NCBI GenBank assembly: GCA_963844035.1
Contig: CAWJMT010000035.1
Coordinates: 224,001 to 288,000, forward strand
Reading direction: 5' to 3'
DNA from: an uncultured Gemmatimonadales bacterium
GTDB taxonomy: Bacteria; Gemmatimonadota; Gemmatimonadetes; Gemmatimonadales; GWC2-71-9
Length of the DNA: 64,000 nt
Part shown: piece by piece, positions 19,722-33,959 of the stretch
Layout: each line of letters starts with the position of its first letter
Numbering within the stretch: the first letter of the stretch is position 1
The notes under the pieces: model-generated
The model's input: the letters and a program-made list of their open reading frames with translations, nothing else
Database searches by the model: none
Told to the model about the DNA's origin: nothing
Program-made: the position numbers and the translations under genes

Positions 19722-19725
19722 GAAG

Positions 19726-19803
19726 CAGGTGTCAGGTGTTAGGTGTCAGGTGTCAGGGGATTCGCGGTGTCTCTGGCACCTGACACCTGGTACCTGACAC
19801 CTG
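19726..19803. repeat. inverted pair of 7-bp tandem arrays (CAGGTGT x4-5 / ACACCTG x4) forming a long hairpin
   Basis: caggtgt caggtgt taggtgt caggtgt cagggga ... gcacctg acacctg gtacctg acacctg, between the tRNA-Ser 3' end and the gltX start. Confidence 0.9.
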
Positions 19804-19812
19804 TCTTTCACA

Positions 19813-19902
19813 CGGAGAGGGGGGGATTCGAACCCCCGATAGAGCTTTTGACCCTATGACGGTTTAGCAAACCGTTGCCTTCAGCCACTCGGCCACCTCT
19901 CC
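19813..19902 (-). tRNA. tRNA-Ser (anticodon GCT), CCA not encoded
   Basis: GGAGAGGTGGCCGAGTGGCTGAAGGCAACGGTTTGCTAAACCGT...long variable arm...GGTTCGAATCCCCCCCTCTCCG. Confidence 0.95.
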
Positions 19903-20080
19903 CAGAGGTGGACAACGTCGCCACGCGCTTCGACTTGTGCAACCCCCGCCCGCATTGACTCCGCGTGGCGCCCTGGTTTCCTTGCGGGAGCCGGCATCTC
20001 ACAGTTCGCGACGCGCCCGACGACGGCCCGTCCCGTGTCTCCCTCGATCTGCACAGCGCGAAACACTGCGAGGAGTCCCG

Positions 20081-24932
<4,852 letters not shown>

Positions 24933-25136
24933 GCCGCTGCAGGCGTTTCGCCCTCCCCGGCAAGTTGCCCAATTCATTGCCGAATGAGCGCGCCCCAACC
25001 CCGCCAGGCAACTGCTGCTGGAGAGCAACAAGTTAGGCCATTTCGCGGTGAGTCCGCCGGTTTGGGCCTAAATCACGTCCTGACATGATGCTGCGTCCCC
25101 CGTCAGGTGGCACCGGGATTGCTATGACGATGCCGC

Positions 25137-25586
25137 ATGAGACTCCTCCATGTCATCGTCGTCATCGCCATCGCGGCCGCGGGGCTCGCATTCCCTCGTC
25201 GCGCGGTTGCCCAGCGCTTTCAGGCGGGGAACGCACCCAATGCCCTGAGCGTCGGCAGCACGGTTCCGGCACGGATCCCGTGGACGCGCACCGAGGTCGC
25301 ATTGGCGGCGGGGTTCACCACCGCGCTGTTGATGGACGCCGCGCAGACGCGCGGTCTGGCGCGGGGCGGCTGGGAGGGATTCCGTGAGGCGAATCCACTG
25401 CTGGGGTCGCAGCCCAGCGTCGCGCGGATCAATGCCTATACCGCCGTTGCGGGGCTGACGGTGCTGGGCGTGGCTGCTGCCGCACCGGCACGCTTCCGGC
25501 CGTGGCTGCTGGGCGCGGCGTTCGTGGTCGAGGCGCTCACGGTGGCCAGAAACGCCCACGCGGGGATCACGCTGAGCTTGCCGTAA
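25137..25586 (+). CDS. hypothetical membrane protein (DUF5658-like D..T/EANP motif)
   Basis: Signal-like N-terminus, MDAAQT...EANPLLG, further hydrophobic helices. Confidence 0.55.
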   Translation: MRLLHVIVVIAIAAAGLAFPRRAVAQRFQAGNAPNALSVGSTVPARIPWTRTEVALAAGFTTALLMDAAQTRGLARGGWEGFREANPLLGSQPSVARINAYTAVAGLTVLGVAAAAPARFRPWLLGAAFVVEALTVARNAHAGITLSLP

Positions 25587-25588
25587 GA

Positions 25589-25616
25589 GACGCTAAGACG
25601 CTAAGACGCTACGAGC
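25589..25616. repeat. 8-bp tandem repeat (GACGCTAA x3), copy 2
   Basis: gacgctaagacgctaagacgctacgagc. Confidence 0.85.
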
Positions 25617-25637
25617 CCACCCTGTTTCTCCCGGACA

Positions 25638-25675
25638 TCCCTGACACCTAACACCCAGCACCTGACACCTGCTTC
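25638..25675. repeat. 7-bp tandem array (ACACCTG-type x4), single arm
   Basis: tccctg acaccta acaccca gcacctg acacctg cttc; close to the reverse complement of 19722-19760. Confidence 0.8.
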
Positions 25676-26340
25676 TCTCAACCGCGCAGTCGTTTCCTGC
25701 GAGCGATGCATGCGCCTGCGCGCCTACTGCAGGCGCGTGGCGCGCGAAAAGAAGCGCGAGTACAGCGACTGGGAGTACTGGGGTAAGCCGGTTCCGGGGT
25801 TCGGCGACGTGCGTGCACGGCTGTTGATCGTCGGTCTCGCCCCCGGGGCTCACGGGTCGAACCGCACGGGACGGATGTTCACGGGAGACTCGAGCGGACA
25901 CTGGTTATACGAGGCGCTGTACCGCTTCGGGTTCGCCAGCCAGCCCGACGCCGTCGCCCGGGATGATGGTCTCGAGCTACGCGATTGCTACATCACGGCG
26001 GCGGCGCGGTGCGCTCCACCCGCCAACAAGCCGACCCGCGCCGAGCTGGAGCGGTGCCGCCCGTTCCTCGCGACCGAGCTGCAGATCCTGTCGCGTGTGC
26101 GGGTCGTGGTAACGCTGGGCCAGGTGGCGCACGAGAGCTGGCTGCGCACGGCAGGGTGGTGGGAGGCGCTTCCGCCGCGCGAGCGGCCGCGCTTCTCGCA
26201 CGGCGCGGTGACGCGGCTGTCGAACGATACGACGCTGATCTCCTCCTACCACCCCAGCCGGCAGAACACCAACACCGGCAAGCTGACGCGTCGCGATGTG
26301 GCATGCGGTGTTTCGGAGCGTGCGGCGAGATCATTTCATT
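25641..26340 (+). CDS. uracil-DNA glycosylase family 5 (UdgB-like, Fe-S); start and end approximate
   Basis: C..C.RL (in frame upstream of ATG 25710), YWGKPVPGFGD, GLAPGAHGSNRTGRMFTGDSSG, RCAPP.NKP, YHPSRQNTNTGKLT. Confidence 0.88.
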
Positions 26341-26864
26341 GCCTTGATCTTGGCGCGGGTGATGGAGTCCTCGAGGGCGAAGGCGCGCTTGGTGTCCCAC
26401 TTGTGGTAGAGGATCAGGCAGGACGCCACGCTCGATTGCTTCTGGTGCTGGCAGCGCTGGACCTGGGTTCGATGCTTGGAGGCGTCCTGCCGCCATAGGG
26501 AGTCAGCGCCCGCGACGGCGTGTGCATCGTCCCACCCGTAGTTGTTCGCGAGACAACGCACCACATCACCGCCGACGGCGCCGCAGTTGGCGAGCTGCTG
26601 GCGGTGGACTTTCGCGTCCAGGTGCCACAGTGAATCGCGTTGGAATACCGCGATGCTGTCGAGCTCGCGCTGGCGTGCAACGCCGGCGGCCGCGGCCTTG
26701 GGCTCCTTCCATCTGAATTGAGCCACGAGACACGCGGAGATCCCGCGGGCGTCCAGACTAATGGCGCTGCAGTCCTTCACTTCCTGACGGAGCCGGCTCG
26801 CCGACTTGCCACAGCTCAGGGCCGCGAGGCCGAGGAGCGCAACGGTGCAGGGGAAGCGTCGCAT
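26331..26864 (-). CDS. hypothetical lipoprotein with three Cys-pair repeats
   Basis: MRRFPCTVALLGLAALSC lipobox; three C-x(7-12)-CL-x5-W units. Confidence 0.7.
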   Translation of the reverse strand: MRRFPCTVALLGLAALSCGKSASRLRQEVKDCSAISLDARGISACLVAQFRWKEPKAAAAGVARQRELDSIAVFQRDSLWHLDAKVHRQQLANCGAVGGDVVRCLANNYGWDDAHAVAGADSLWRQDASKHRTQVQRCQHQKQSSVASCLILYHKWDTKRAFALEDSITRAKIKAMK

Positions 26865-26949
26865 CGATTGTCCCAGGTGAGGGGGGCACGGGGCGCCCGT
26901 CAAAATCGGGCGCGTGCCCGGTGGGGTCAAGCCGGTAGGGCGTGCGGCG

Positions 26950-27282
26950 CTACGGTTCGAGCCGCCGCAGGCGCTCGATCGCGAAGTGGAGGCGGAAGAT
27001 GGCGGCGTCGAGGTCGCGCCGCACCTCATCGTCCAGCTCTCCCGAATCGACGATGGTGTTCAGGAGCTGGAGCGCGTTGCGCACATGCTCTTCGGCGGAC
27101 TCGGTGCTGGGAGGGTTCTTTCCCTCGCGCCGGTCCCCGGGGCGGCGCCGCGTGCCGGGGGCACGCCGCTCCACCGTCGGAACGAGCACGAGCTGCCGGC
27201 GCTCACCGGCTCGGCGCTCTGGCGTGGCGCGCCGCTCGGGGGGCTTCGGGGCTGGGGCGTCTGGATCGGGGGAGGTAGACAC
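26950..27282 (-). CDS. small hypothetical protein with ERR/DRR repeats
   Basis: PPERRATPERRAGERRQ...VERRAPGTRRRPGDRRE followed by a helical C-terminus (HVRNALQLL...RRDLDAAIFRLHFAIERL); start uncertain. Confidence 0.6.
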   Translation of the reverse strand: MSTSPDPDAPAPKPPERRATPERRAGERRQLVLVPTVERRAPGTRRRPGDRREGKNPPSTESAEEHVRNALQLLNTIVDSGELDDEVRRDLDAAIFRLHFAIERLRRLEP

Positions 27283-27504
27283 GTACCGCGAAATGTGCCC
27301 CCCGGAGGCAGGTTCCGCCACTCGGATTTCGTGACATTGGCCGGCGGACTCCTATATTGGGGGGCAGCGTGCAGACCACACATTCGCCGCCCTCCGGGGT
27401 ATCGCGATGGTCGCCGCTCCTGACGCGGCATCGCTCGATCCTTTCGGATTGCGCGCGACGCTCGCTGACCCGCTGGAATTCACCCTCCCCTTCCGACTGC
27501 AGCC

Positions 27505-29032
27505 ATGTTGCCCTCTGACCTCCCCGACGATCGCCGCGCGACGCCGGGACGCCGCCGTGGCGTTCATCGGCGCGTGGGCGAACGCCGCCTGGAGGTCATG
27601 CCGGTGACGTTGGATGCGCGCACCGGTGTCGAGCGGCGGCACGACGCTGAACGTCGGACCGGCATCGGACGTCGTCGCGAGGAAGGGAGCCGCCCCGAGG
27701 GTCGGCGACCGGTCGTGCTGTTCGTGGGCGAGGACCCGGCCGATGCGCGGTTGCTCGAGGGGTTGCTGCAGAAGTCGACCGGGGAGCCGTTCGAGCTGGT
27801 GACGATCGCGCGGCGCGCCGCGGCGCTCGACCTTGTGGCCCAGGGCACGGTGGACGTCGTGCTGGTCGATCTGTCATTCCCGGGCGGCCTGGAGCCGTTC
27901 GCGGCGCTCAATACGGGGAAGCCCGTCGCCCCATTCCTGGTGCTGTCGCGCGTAGGCGACGAGCAGCGCGCGCTCAATGCCGTGCGCGCGGGGGCGCAGG
28001 ACTGCCTGGTGAAAGGCCGGTTCGACGGGTCGCTGCTGTCGCAGACGCTGCGCTTCGCGATCGAGCGACACCGGATGCGCAGCGCGCTCGGCGACCTGGC
28101 GCTCTCGGACGAATTGACGGGCCTGCACAATCGGCGGGGGTTCGTCACCCTCGCGACGCAGGACCTGGCCCTGGCGCGGCGGGGGAAGAAACACCTGCTG
28201 GTCGCATTTGGTGATCTGGACGACCTGAAGGGCATCAACGACACGCTGGGCCACGCCGAGGGCGACGCGCGCGCTGCGCGACGTGGCCGGCGTCCTGCGA
28301 CGCACCTTCCGGGAGTCGGATCTCATCGCGCGGATCGGCGGGGACGAGTTCGCGGTGCTGGTGCGCAGTGCGGAGGACAGCAACGTGGAGGTGCTGCGCC
28401 GGCGCTTGAGCGACCAGCTCACCGACTTCAACCGCCGCGCCAAGCGGCGTTACCGCCTGTCGATCAGCCTCGGATTCGCCCACCGGGCGGCGGCGGGAGT
28501 GTCGTCGGTCGAGAGCCTGCTGCGCCGGGCCGATAAGGCGCTGTACCAGGAGAAGCGCCGCCGCGAGAGCGACCCGGGCAAGGGGCACGCGCCGGCGGCG
28601 CGACCCTACGAGGCGCGGCCGATCGAGATCCTGCTGATCGAGGACGAGCCCCGCGATATCGAGCTGACGCAGCAGGCGCTGGCGCGCGCCAAGCTACAGA
28701 ATCGGTTGTCCGTCGTCCGGGACGGCGCGGACGCCCTCTCGTTCTTGCGGGGAGAGGAGCCGTACGAGGGCAAGGCGCCGCCCGACGTGGTGCTCCTCGA
28801 CCTCAACCTGCCCCGGGGCGATGGGCGGGACGTACTGCGGGCGATGCGGCACGACCCGGAGCTGCGGGACATCCCGGTCGTCATCCTGACGGGGACCAAC
28901 GCCGAGCACGCCGAGTTCGAAGCGCTGCGCCCGGACGCCTTTCTAACCAAGCCGATCGACTTCGATCGCCTGGCGCAGGCGGTCCGAACGGTCGCCAACC
29001 TCGGGTTTACCATCGTCAAACTCCCCGCCTAG
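27505..29032 (+). CDS. REC-GGDEF-REC diguanylate cyclase / response regulator; apparent frameshift near 28270
   Basis: REC (DVVLVDL, GAQDCLVKG), DELTGLHNRRGF, RESD I-site plus RIGGDEF, ADKALY, second REC (IEILLIEDE, LLDLNLP..DG, FLTKP). Confidence 0.88.
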
Positions 29033-29114
29033 GCTGAGAGCCAGTACGCATTTAGGACCTGAACTTGTTACATTGCAACGGGAAATTTTCGGGCTCTCAT
29101 GGGAGGAAGAACGG

Positions 29115-29822
29115 ATGACGTTGCCAGCGTCGAAGCAGTCGTCCACGGTAGGAGAGCTGCTCGGCCGCCGACTGAAGGAGGTTAACCGCTCAGCGCAGCA
29201 ACTGGCCGAGGTCGCCCAGGTCCCCGCGACGTACATCGACGACCTGATCAGCGGCTCCCGCCGGGCGCCGTTGCCCGCCCGCACCGACATCTACGAGAAG
29301 ATGACGTCGTTCCTGCGCCTCGGCCGCAACGATCTCGTGAGTTGCGCGCGCTCCGAGCGCGCCAGCGTCGTGATGCCGGGCGTCGGTCCTGACGCGGCGG
29401 TGCGGCGCCTGCTGCTGGACCTGTGCGAGCCAGCGACTGCCAAAATCCTCGAAAAGCGCCAGGGGAAGCGCGGCAAGGATGATCTGGTGGACTTCATCCA
29501 GCGGCTGCTCGACATCACCCAGGGGGCGGTGCGGCGGCTGCTCGACGACCAGGTGAGCCTCCGGCTTGGGGCGACACAGCGCGGGATTTCGTACGAGGCC
29601 CTGCGCCTGAGCGTGCTCGAGTTCCTGGACGCCACCCCTGACACGTTGACGCCCGAGGACGTGGCGCAGTTCGTCCAGCCGCGCATCGCGCGCTGGGACG
29701 TGGACCTCGAGACGAAAGTCTTGCGCGTGGCGCTGCGCGGCCAGGAGCCGCGCGACCGCGGCCGCCGCGGCCTCGGCGAGGCCAGGCCCGCGATCACTCC
29801 GGACGCCGAGGGCGACGGCTAA
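29115..29822 (+). CDS. hypothetical protein with N-terminal XRE-type HTH
   Basis: VGELL.RRL....RSAQQLAE...VP.TYI.DL.SG.R; GGAGG RBS 8 nt upstream. Confidence 0.6.
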   Translation: MTLPASKQSSTVGELLGRRLKEVNRSAQQLAEVAQVPATYIDDLISGSRRAPLPARTDIYEKMTSFLRLGRNDLVSCARSERASVVMPGVGPDAAVRRLLLDLCEPATAKILEKRQGKRGKDDLVDFIQRLLDITQGAVRRLLDDQVSLRLGATQRGISYEALRLSVLEFLDATPDTLTPEDVAQFVQPRIARWDVDLETKVLRVALRGQEPRDRGRRGLGEARPAITPDAEGDG

Positions 29823-29845
29823 GGGCGTCGCAGCTTGGCACGAAG

Positions 29846-29880
29846 GCAAACGGGGCGCCCGCGAGGACGCCCCGTTTTGC
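29846..29880 (+). terminator. probable intrinsic terminator
   Basis: gcaaacggggcgccc-gcga-ggacgccccgttttgc hairpin after the stop codon. Confidence 0.6.
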
Positions 29881-29947
29881 ATTGACGCCCCGCGAGGGGG
29901 CTTGGTACGTTCAGCGGAGCGGGTCATTCCTGATCGGGGGGGACGTC

Positions 29948-30547
29948 ATGGACAGCAGGGATTTGCGATCGAGCCACGGGATACGAGTGATCCTCCTGGC
30001 GGGCTTGCTGGGCGCGACTATTTGCGGAGGCGTCGGCGCCCAACAAACAGCGGTGTCTGCGCCGGAACCGATCGCGGTCGGCACTTCCGCGCCCGATTTT
30101 ACGTTGCTCGGCGCGACTCGCTATGGGGTGCTGGCGCGACCGGTCCAGCTCCGCGACTTCAAGGGCAAGACCGTCGTCCTGGCGTTCTTCCCCAAGGCGC
30201 GCACCAGCGGCTGCACGATCCAGATGCAGGCCTATCGTGACAAGTACGCGACGTTGTTCAAGGGCGGCCGGGACGTGGTACTGATCGCCATCAGCAGCGA
30301 CCTTCCGGACACGCTGGCCGCCTGGGCGCGCGATGCCGAGTTCCCGTTCCTGTTCGCGAGCGACACCGGCATGGTGGTGGGAAAGGCGTATGGCGCTGGA
30401 CCGTCGCGCTGGGGCTACGAGAATCGCATTCTGTTCGTCGTCGACGGTGGAGGGAAGATCGCCTACCGGCAGACACCGTTCCGGGAAATTGACCCCACCG
30501 CGTATGACGAGCTCGCGGCCGGGCTCGAGAAGGTGCTGCCGCACTAG
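29948..30547 (+). CDS. exported peroxiredoxin/BCP-like redoxin (AhpC/TSA)
   Basis: Signal peptide, APDFTL, VVLAFFPKARTSGCT, FASD, R..FVVD..G.I. Confidence 0.85.
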   Translation: MDSRDLRSSHGIRVILLAGLLGATICGGVGAQQTAVSAPEPIAVGTSAPDFTLLGATRYGVLARPVQLRDFKGKTVVLAFFPKARTSGCTIQMQAYRDKYATLFKGGRDVVLIAISSDLPDTLAAWARDAEFPFLFASDTGMVVGKAYGAGPSRWGYENRILFVVDGGGKIAYRQTPFREIDPTAYDELAAGLEKVLPH

Positions 30548-31050
30548 TTCGCTGCTACCGCTCGCTCCAGCGCCGCTTCGATTTCCTGATCGGCGCCCAC
30601 GCCGGTGTAAACGACGTTCCCCGCGGCGTTCAAGATGACGACGAACGACGTGGTCGGCGCCTCGAACGCGCGGACCGCGGTGCCGTTCGCGTCCCACAGG
30701 TACGGGTACGGCATCGGATGCCGGTCCAGATGGCGCCGCACCGTTGCGGGTGTCTCGTTCACGGCTACGGCCACCGCGATGAACTGCACCCGGGTCCCGT
30801 AGCGCGCGTGGGCCGCCGCGAGCTTGGGCTCGAGCGCCCGGCAGAGCGCGCACCAGGTCGCCCAAAACTCGATCAGCGCGGGGCGCGCCTTGATGACATG
30901 GGCCAGCTCGACGCGCGTGCCCTCCAACGTCTCGATCGCGACCGGAAGCGGCGTGCGACCGAGGGAGATGCCGGCGCCCTCGCTCTGTGCGGAGAGGTGC
31001 GTTGCGGAGACCAACAATAGCAGCGCCACCATCGCCCGTCGGATCGTCAC
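30544..31050 (-). CDS. TlpA-family thiol:disulfide oxidoreductase (exported)
   Basis: Signal peptide, LIEFWATWCALC, APTTSFVVIL..G.VVY. Confidence 0.85.
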   Translation of the reverse strand: MTIRRAMVALLLLVSATHLSAQSEGAGISLGRTPLPVAIETLEGTRVELAHVIKARPALIEFWATWCALCRALEPKLAAAHARYGTRVQFIAVAVAVNETPATVRRHLDRHPMPYPYLWDANGTAVRAFEAPTTSFVVILNAAGNVVYTGVGADQEIEAALERAVAAN

Positions 31051-31778
31051 ATGACCCTTCCCATCTGAATCAGGTAGTACTCCGCCATCGCCAACATGGC
31101 GATGCCGGCCGCCTTCTTGATCCACACGGTCCAGGCACCCGCGCGGGGCAGGGCCGCGAGCACTCCTGAGGAGATGCCGGCGGCGGCCAGCACGGCGCTC
31201 ATGCCGAGCGAAAACACGAACAGATAGATGAAGCCGAGTGCTCCGCTCCCGGTTGCGGCGACCCAGGTGAGCACGACGGCGAACGCGGGCGCGCCGCAGG
31301 GCGCGGCCACGATCCCCGATGTGGCGCCGAGCACGAACACCGCGGGCAGGGAGCCGCCCGAGAGGGTGCCGGCCCAGGTTGCCAGGCGCTCGGGCGCCGC
31401 GACCGGGATGACGTCCAGCATCGCGAGTGCGAACACCAGCAACAGGTTGGCCATTCCGAACAGCACCCACGGATGCGACGACACCGATCCGAAGAGCGAT
31501 CCGGTGAGTCCGGCGAGGACCCCTAAGCCTGCGTAGAACAGGGACAGTCCCGTCACGTAGGCGAGCGTGAGTGCCACGGTGCGACGGCGGGTAGGCACGG
31601 TGCGGGCGGCGCGCGCGCTCCCCGCGATCACGCCCACCGTGATGGGGATCATGGGATAGATGCAGGGGGTGAAGCTCGTCACCAGCCCCGCGCCGAACAG
31701 GATTCCGAGCGCGGCGAGTGGATGGTGTCCCAGTGCGTCGGAGAGACCGGGAGAAGCGAGGGGTAGCACGCCGAACAC
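31047..31778 (-). CDS. ccdA: CcdA / DsbD transmembrane electron transporter
   Basis: GLVTSFTPCIYPMIPIT, AAPCGAP, FSLGM, W..WIKK. Confidence 0.88.
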   Translation of the reverse strand: MFGVLPLASPGLSDALGHHPLAALGILFGAGLVTSFTPCIYPMIPITVGVIAGSARAARTVPTRRRTVALTLAYVTGLSLFYAGLGVLAGLTGSLFGSVSSHPWVLFGMANLLLVFALAMLDVIPVAAPERLATWAGTLSGGSLPAVFVLGATSGIVAAPCGAPAFAVVLTWVAATGSGALGFIYLFVFSLGMSAVLAAAGISSGVLAALPRAGAWTVWIKKAAGIAMLAMAEYYLIQMGRVM

Positions 31779-31828
31779 GACTGTAACAGTACACCAGGGA
31801 TACGCAGGGCGCTCCCTCGAGATCTTGC

Positions 31829-32425
31829 CTAGTGCCAGCTCACACCCACGCCAGTCTGAAACAGCATCAGGCTGACACCGTCAAGCACAGGTTCGCCGTT
31901 GAAGTTGATCCCGCTGCCGAACGACGCGATCCACAAGCTCACGAACGGCGTCCAGGAAACCGACTTGTTCATCGGCATGTCATAACCGGCGCCGAAGTTG
32001 ACCCCGAAGGCGGTGGAGCTCAGGCGGCCATCTCCGTCGGTCGCCTGATAGAACAACACGCCGGGGCCGCCCTTGTAGAACAGCCGCTTGTGCGGGTTGG
32101 GGTAGAAGTAAAATTCGCCGGCCAGACCGGCCAAGAGCTCGTTCACGCCGTTGGCGCCACGCATCCAGACATCCGTTTCCACGCCGAGCAGCCAGCGCCG
32201 GCTCAACGTGCCCCCCGCCTTGAAGTACCCGGAGAACGACGTGCGGCGGTTCGTCTCGCAGATGTCGCAGCCCACGCGTCCGACACCGGGACCAATCCCG
32301 AATCCGATCCACTGCCCGCTGCGATTCGGGTTCGCTTTCGTCTTCTGCTTCTGCGCCGCGAGGCTGCCGGCCGTGAGCGCGAATGCTATGAGGGCGAAGA
32401 CCAACCGAAGTCTGAGCATGATCAT
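31829..32425 (-). CDS. outer-membrane beta-barrel protein
   Basis: Signal peptide, alternating amphipathic strands (YFYP, FYKGG.G, GAGYD), C-terminal GVGVSWH. Confidence 0.7.
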   Translation of the reverse strand: MIMLRLRLVFALIAFALTAGSLAAQKQKTKANPNRSGQWIGFGIGPGVGRVGCDICETNRRTSFSGYFKAGGTLSRRWLLGVETDVWMRGANGVNELLAGLAGEFYFYPNPHKRLFYKGGPGVLFYQATDGDGRLSSTAFGVNFGAGYDMPMNKSVSWTPFVSLWIASFGSGINFNGEPVLDGVSLMLFQTGVGVSWH

Positions 32426-32452
32426 TACTAACTCCACTGCGGCCAGTCGCGG

Positions 32453-32468
32453 CGTGACAATCGTCACA
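32453..32468. promoter_or_regulatory. CRP/FNR-like palindrome in divergent intergenic region
   Basis: cGTGA-caatcg-TCACa. Confidence 0.5.
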
Positions 32469-32501
32469 GCCTGGAAGGACATGCGGGGGAAGTGTTGACC
32501 C

Positions 32502-33752
32502 ATGCACTCACCGTCTCGCACTTTCGCGGCGGCGTTCGCCGCGCTCGCCATCGTCGCCTGTGACGAGTCGGCGCTGAACCCGCACCCGATGCTCACGCCG
32601 ATCGGACCCGGCAGGTCGTTCGGGATCTGGATCCCGGGTCCAAACGAGACGTGCACCAAGGAAGATCACGACCGCTACAGCACGGTCGGTCCGGACGCCA
32701 AGGTCTATCCGATCTGGCATCCGCCGGTGGATCCCGTGACCGGCTGCACCTTCGGGCACGAGCACGGGCGCGACCCACACGGCTCCAAGTTGTACGCCTC
32801 GGTCGGGGACATCCCGCTCGGCTACGCGAACGAGCAGCTCGATACGTGGGATCCCTCGGGCCAGCGGCACGAGGACCATGTGGGGCACAAAATCGAATGG
32901 GAGAACGACATCGAGCTGGAATTCGAGAGCGACGCGGCCGACCAGCTGTTCCACGTGCGCTGCGACGTGCTCACCAAGTTGCACCAGGGCACGCACTCCA
33001 AAGACGCTTTCACGAACAACCTGCACGAGCTGGTTTACCACATCCGCTGCAACGACCGCACCGAGATGCACGTGACGGTGATGGCGGCCATCGGGATCCC
33101 GGGGCAGTTCGAGCGGTCGTGCGACCGCGCCACGATCGCGGTCGGTCCGGCCGTGCCGGCCAACAGCCCCGAAGGGGGCGGCGTGCGCATCATCCCGGAC
33201 CGTTACTGCGTGGAGCGGGAGATCCTGGTGGCACCGGGTCAACGGTCCGATTTCGAGGCGTTACACGAAAACTGGGAAACGTCGATCTCCATCCGAACGA
33301 CCAACGGCCGCACCGTGGCGTTCTTCAATCCCTATTACCAGGTGCTGCTGCCGAGCCGCTTCTACGATCCGGCGGCGGTCAACATCACCGGCCGGCCGAT
33401 CGACGTGTGCTATGAGGTGACACCGGCGGGGGAGCGCGCGTCGGGGAGCTCGTGCGACCGCTCCACGAGCAACGGTACCGTGACCGGCCTGCTGTATGAC
33501 GATCCGCGCTCCGAGTTCAACGGCGTGCGGCGCCAGGTGGACATCAACGAGAACTCGATCGACAACGCGGATGGGCCCACCATCTGGTATAGCGATCCGT
33601 TCGGCCGGCACGCCCGGCCCGACAGTTTCCCCGGCGCGATCCGCCAGTTCGTGGCCCGGGTGAACACGAATCGCAACAACCTTGGCAGCTCAGGGCCCGT
33701 GCTGGGACGCGAGCGGCGCTATGGGGGGACCGGAACGCACGCGCCGAACTAG
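32502..33752 (+). CDS. His-rich hypothetical lipoprotein
   Basis: LAIVAC lipobox; WHPP.....GC.FGHEHG.DP, RHEDHVGHK, LHQGTHS, NLHE. Confidence 0.75.
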   Translation: MHSPSRTFAAAFAALAIVACDESALNPHPMLTPIGPGRSFGIWIPGPNETCTKEDHDRYSTVGPDAKVYPIWHPPVDPVTGCTFGHEHGRDPHGSKLYASVGDIPLGYANEQLDTWDPSGQRHEDHVGHKIEWENDIELEFESDAADQLFHVRCDVLTKLHQGTHSKDAFTNNLHELVYHIRCNDRTEMHVTVMAAIGIPGQFERSCDRATIAVGPAVPANSPEGGGVRIIPDRYCVEREILVAPGQRSDFEALHENWETSISIRTTNGRTVAFFNPYYQVLLPSRFYDPAAVNITGRPIDVCYEVTPAGERASGSSCDRSTSNGTVTGLLYDDPRSEFNGVRRQVDINENSIDNADGPTIWYSDPFGRHARPDSFPGAIRQFVARVNTNRNNLGSSGPVLGRERRYGGTGTHAPN

Positions 33753-33755
33753 TGA

Positions 33756-33782
33756 TAGGCGGTTAGACGGTTAGGCGGTTAG
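33756..33782. repeat. 8-bp tandem array (TAGGCGGT x3)
   Basis: taggcggt tagacggt taggcggt tag, directly after the stop codon. Confidence 0.75.
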
Positions 33783-33891
33783 CACAAACCGTCCGGCCCT
33801 AACCTTCGAACGGGTTCTGCTGGATGACAAGAGAGGCCGTGGGCACGACGCTCACGGCCTTTCGCGTGCCGGGAACTTGGCCACGGTCGGG

Positions 33892-33959
33892 GTGACGACG
33901 CTCACTCAGATGGTGTGGGTGACGATCGTCACGCAGGACATTGTGGGTGACGATGTCAC
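33892..33959. promoter_or_regulatory. three phased GTGA-N5/6-TCAC palindromes upstream of the pilin gene
   Basis: gtgacgacgctcac (33892), gtgacgatcgtcac (33919), gtgacgatgtcac (33947). Confidence 0.6.

Noticed and set aside
19726..19803. CRISPR array
   Set aside because: 7- and 8-bp tandem units without unique spacers; no cas genes in the window.
30544..31794. 416-aa ORF suggesting a long TlpA
   Set aside because: The upstream part is an off-frame shadow of ccdA; TlpA starts at GTG 31050 with its own signal peptide.
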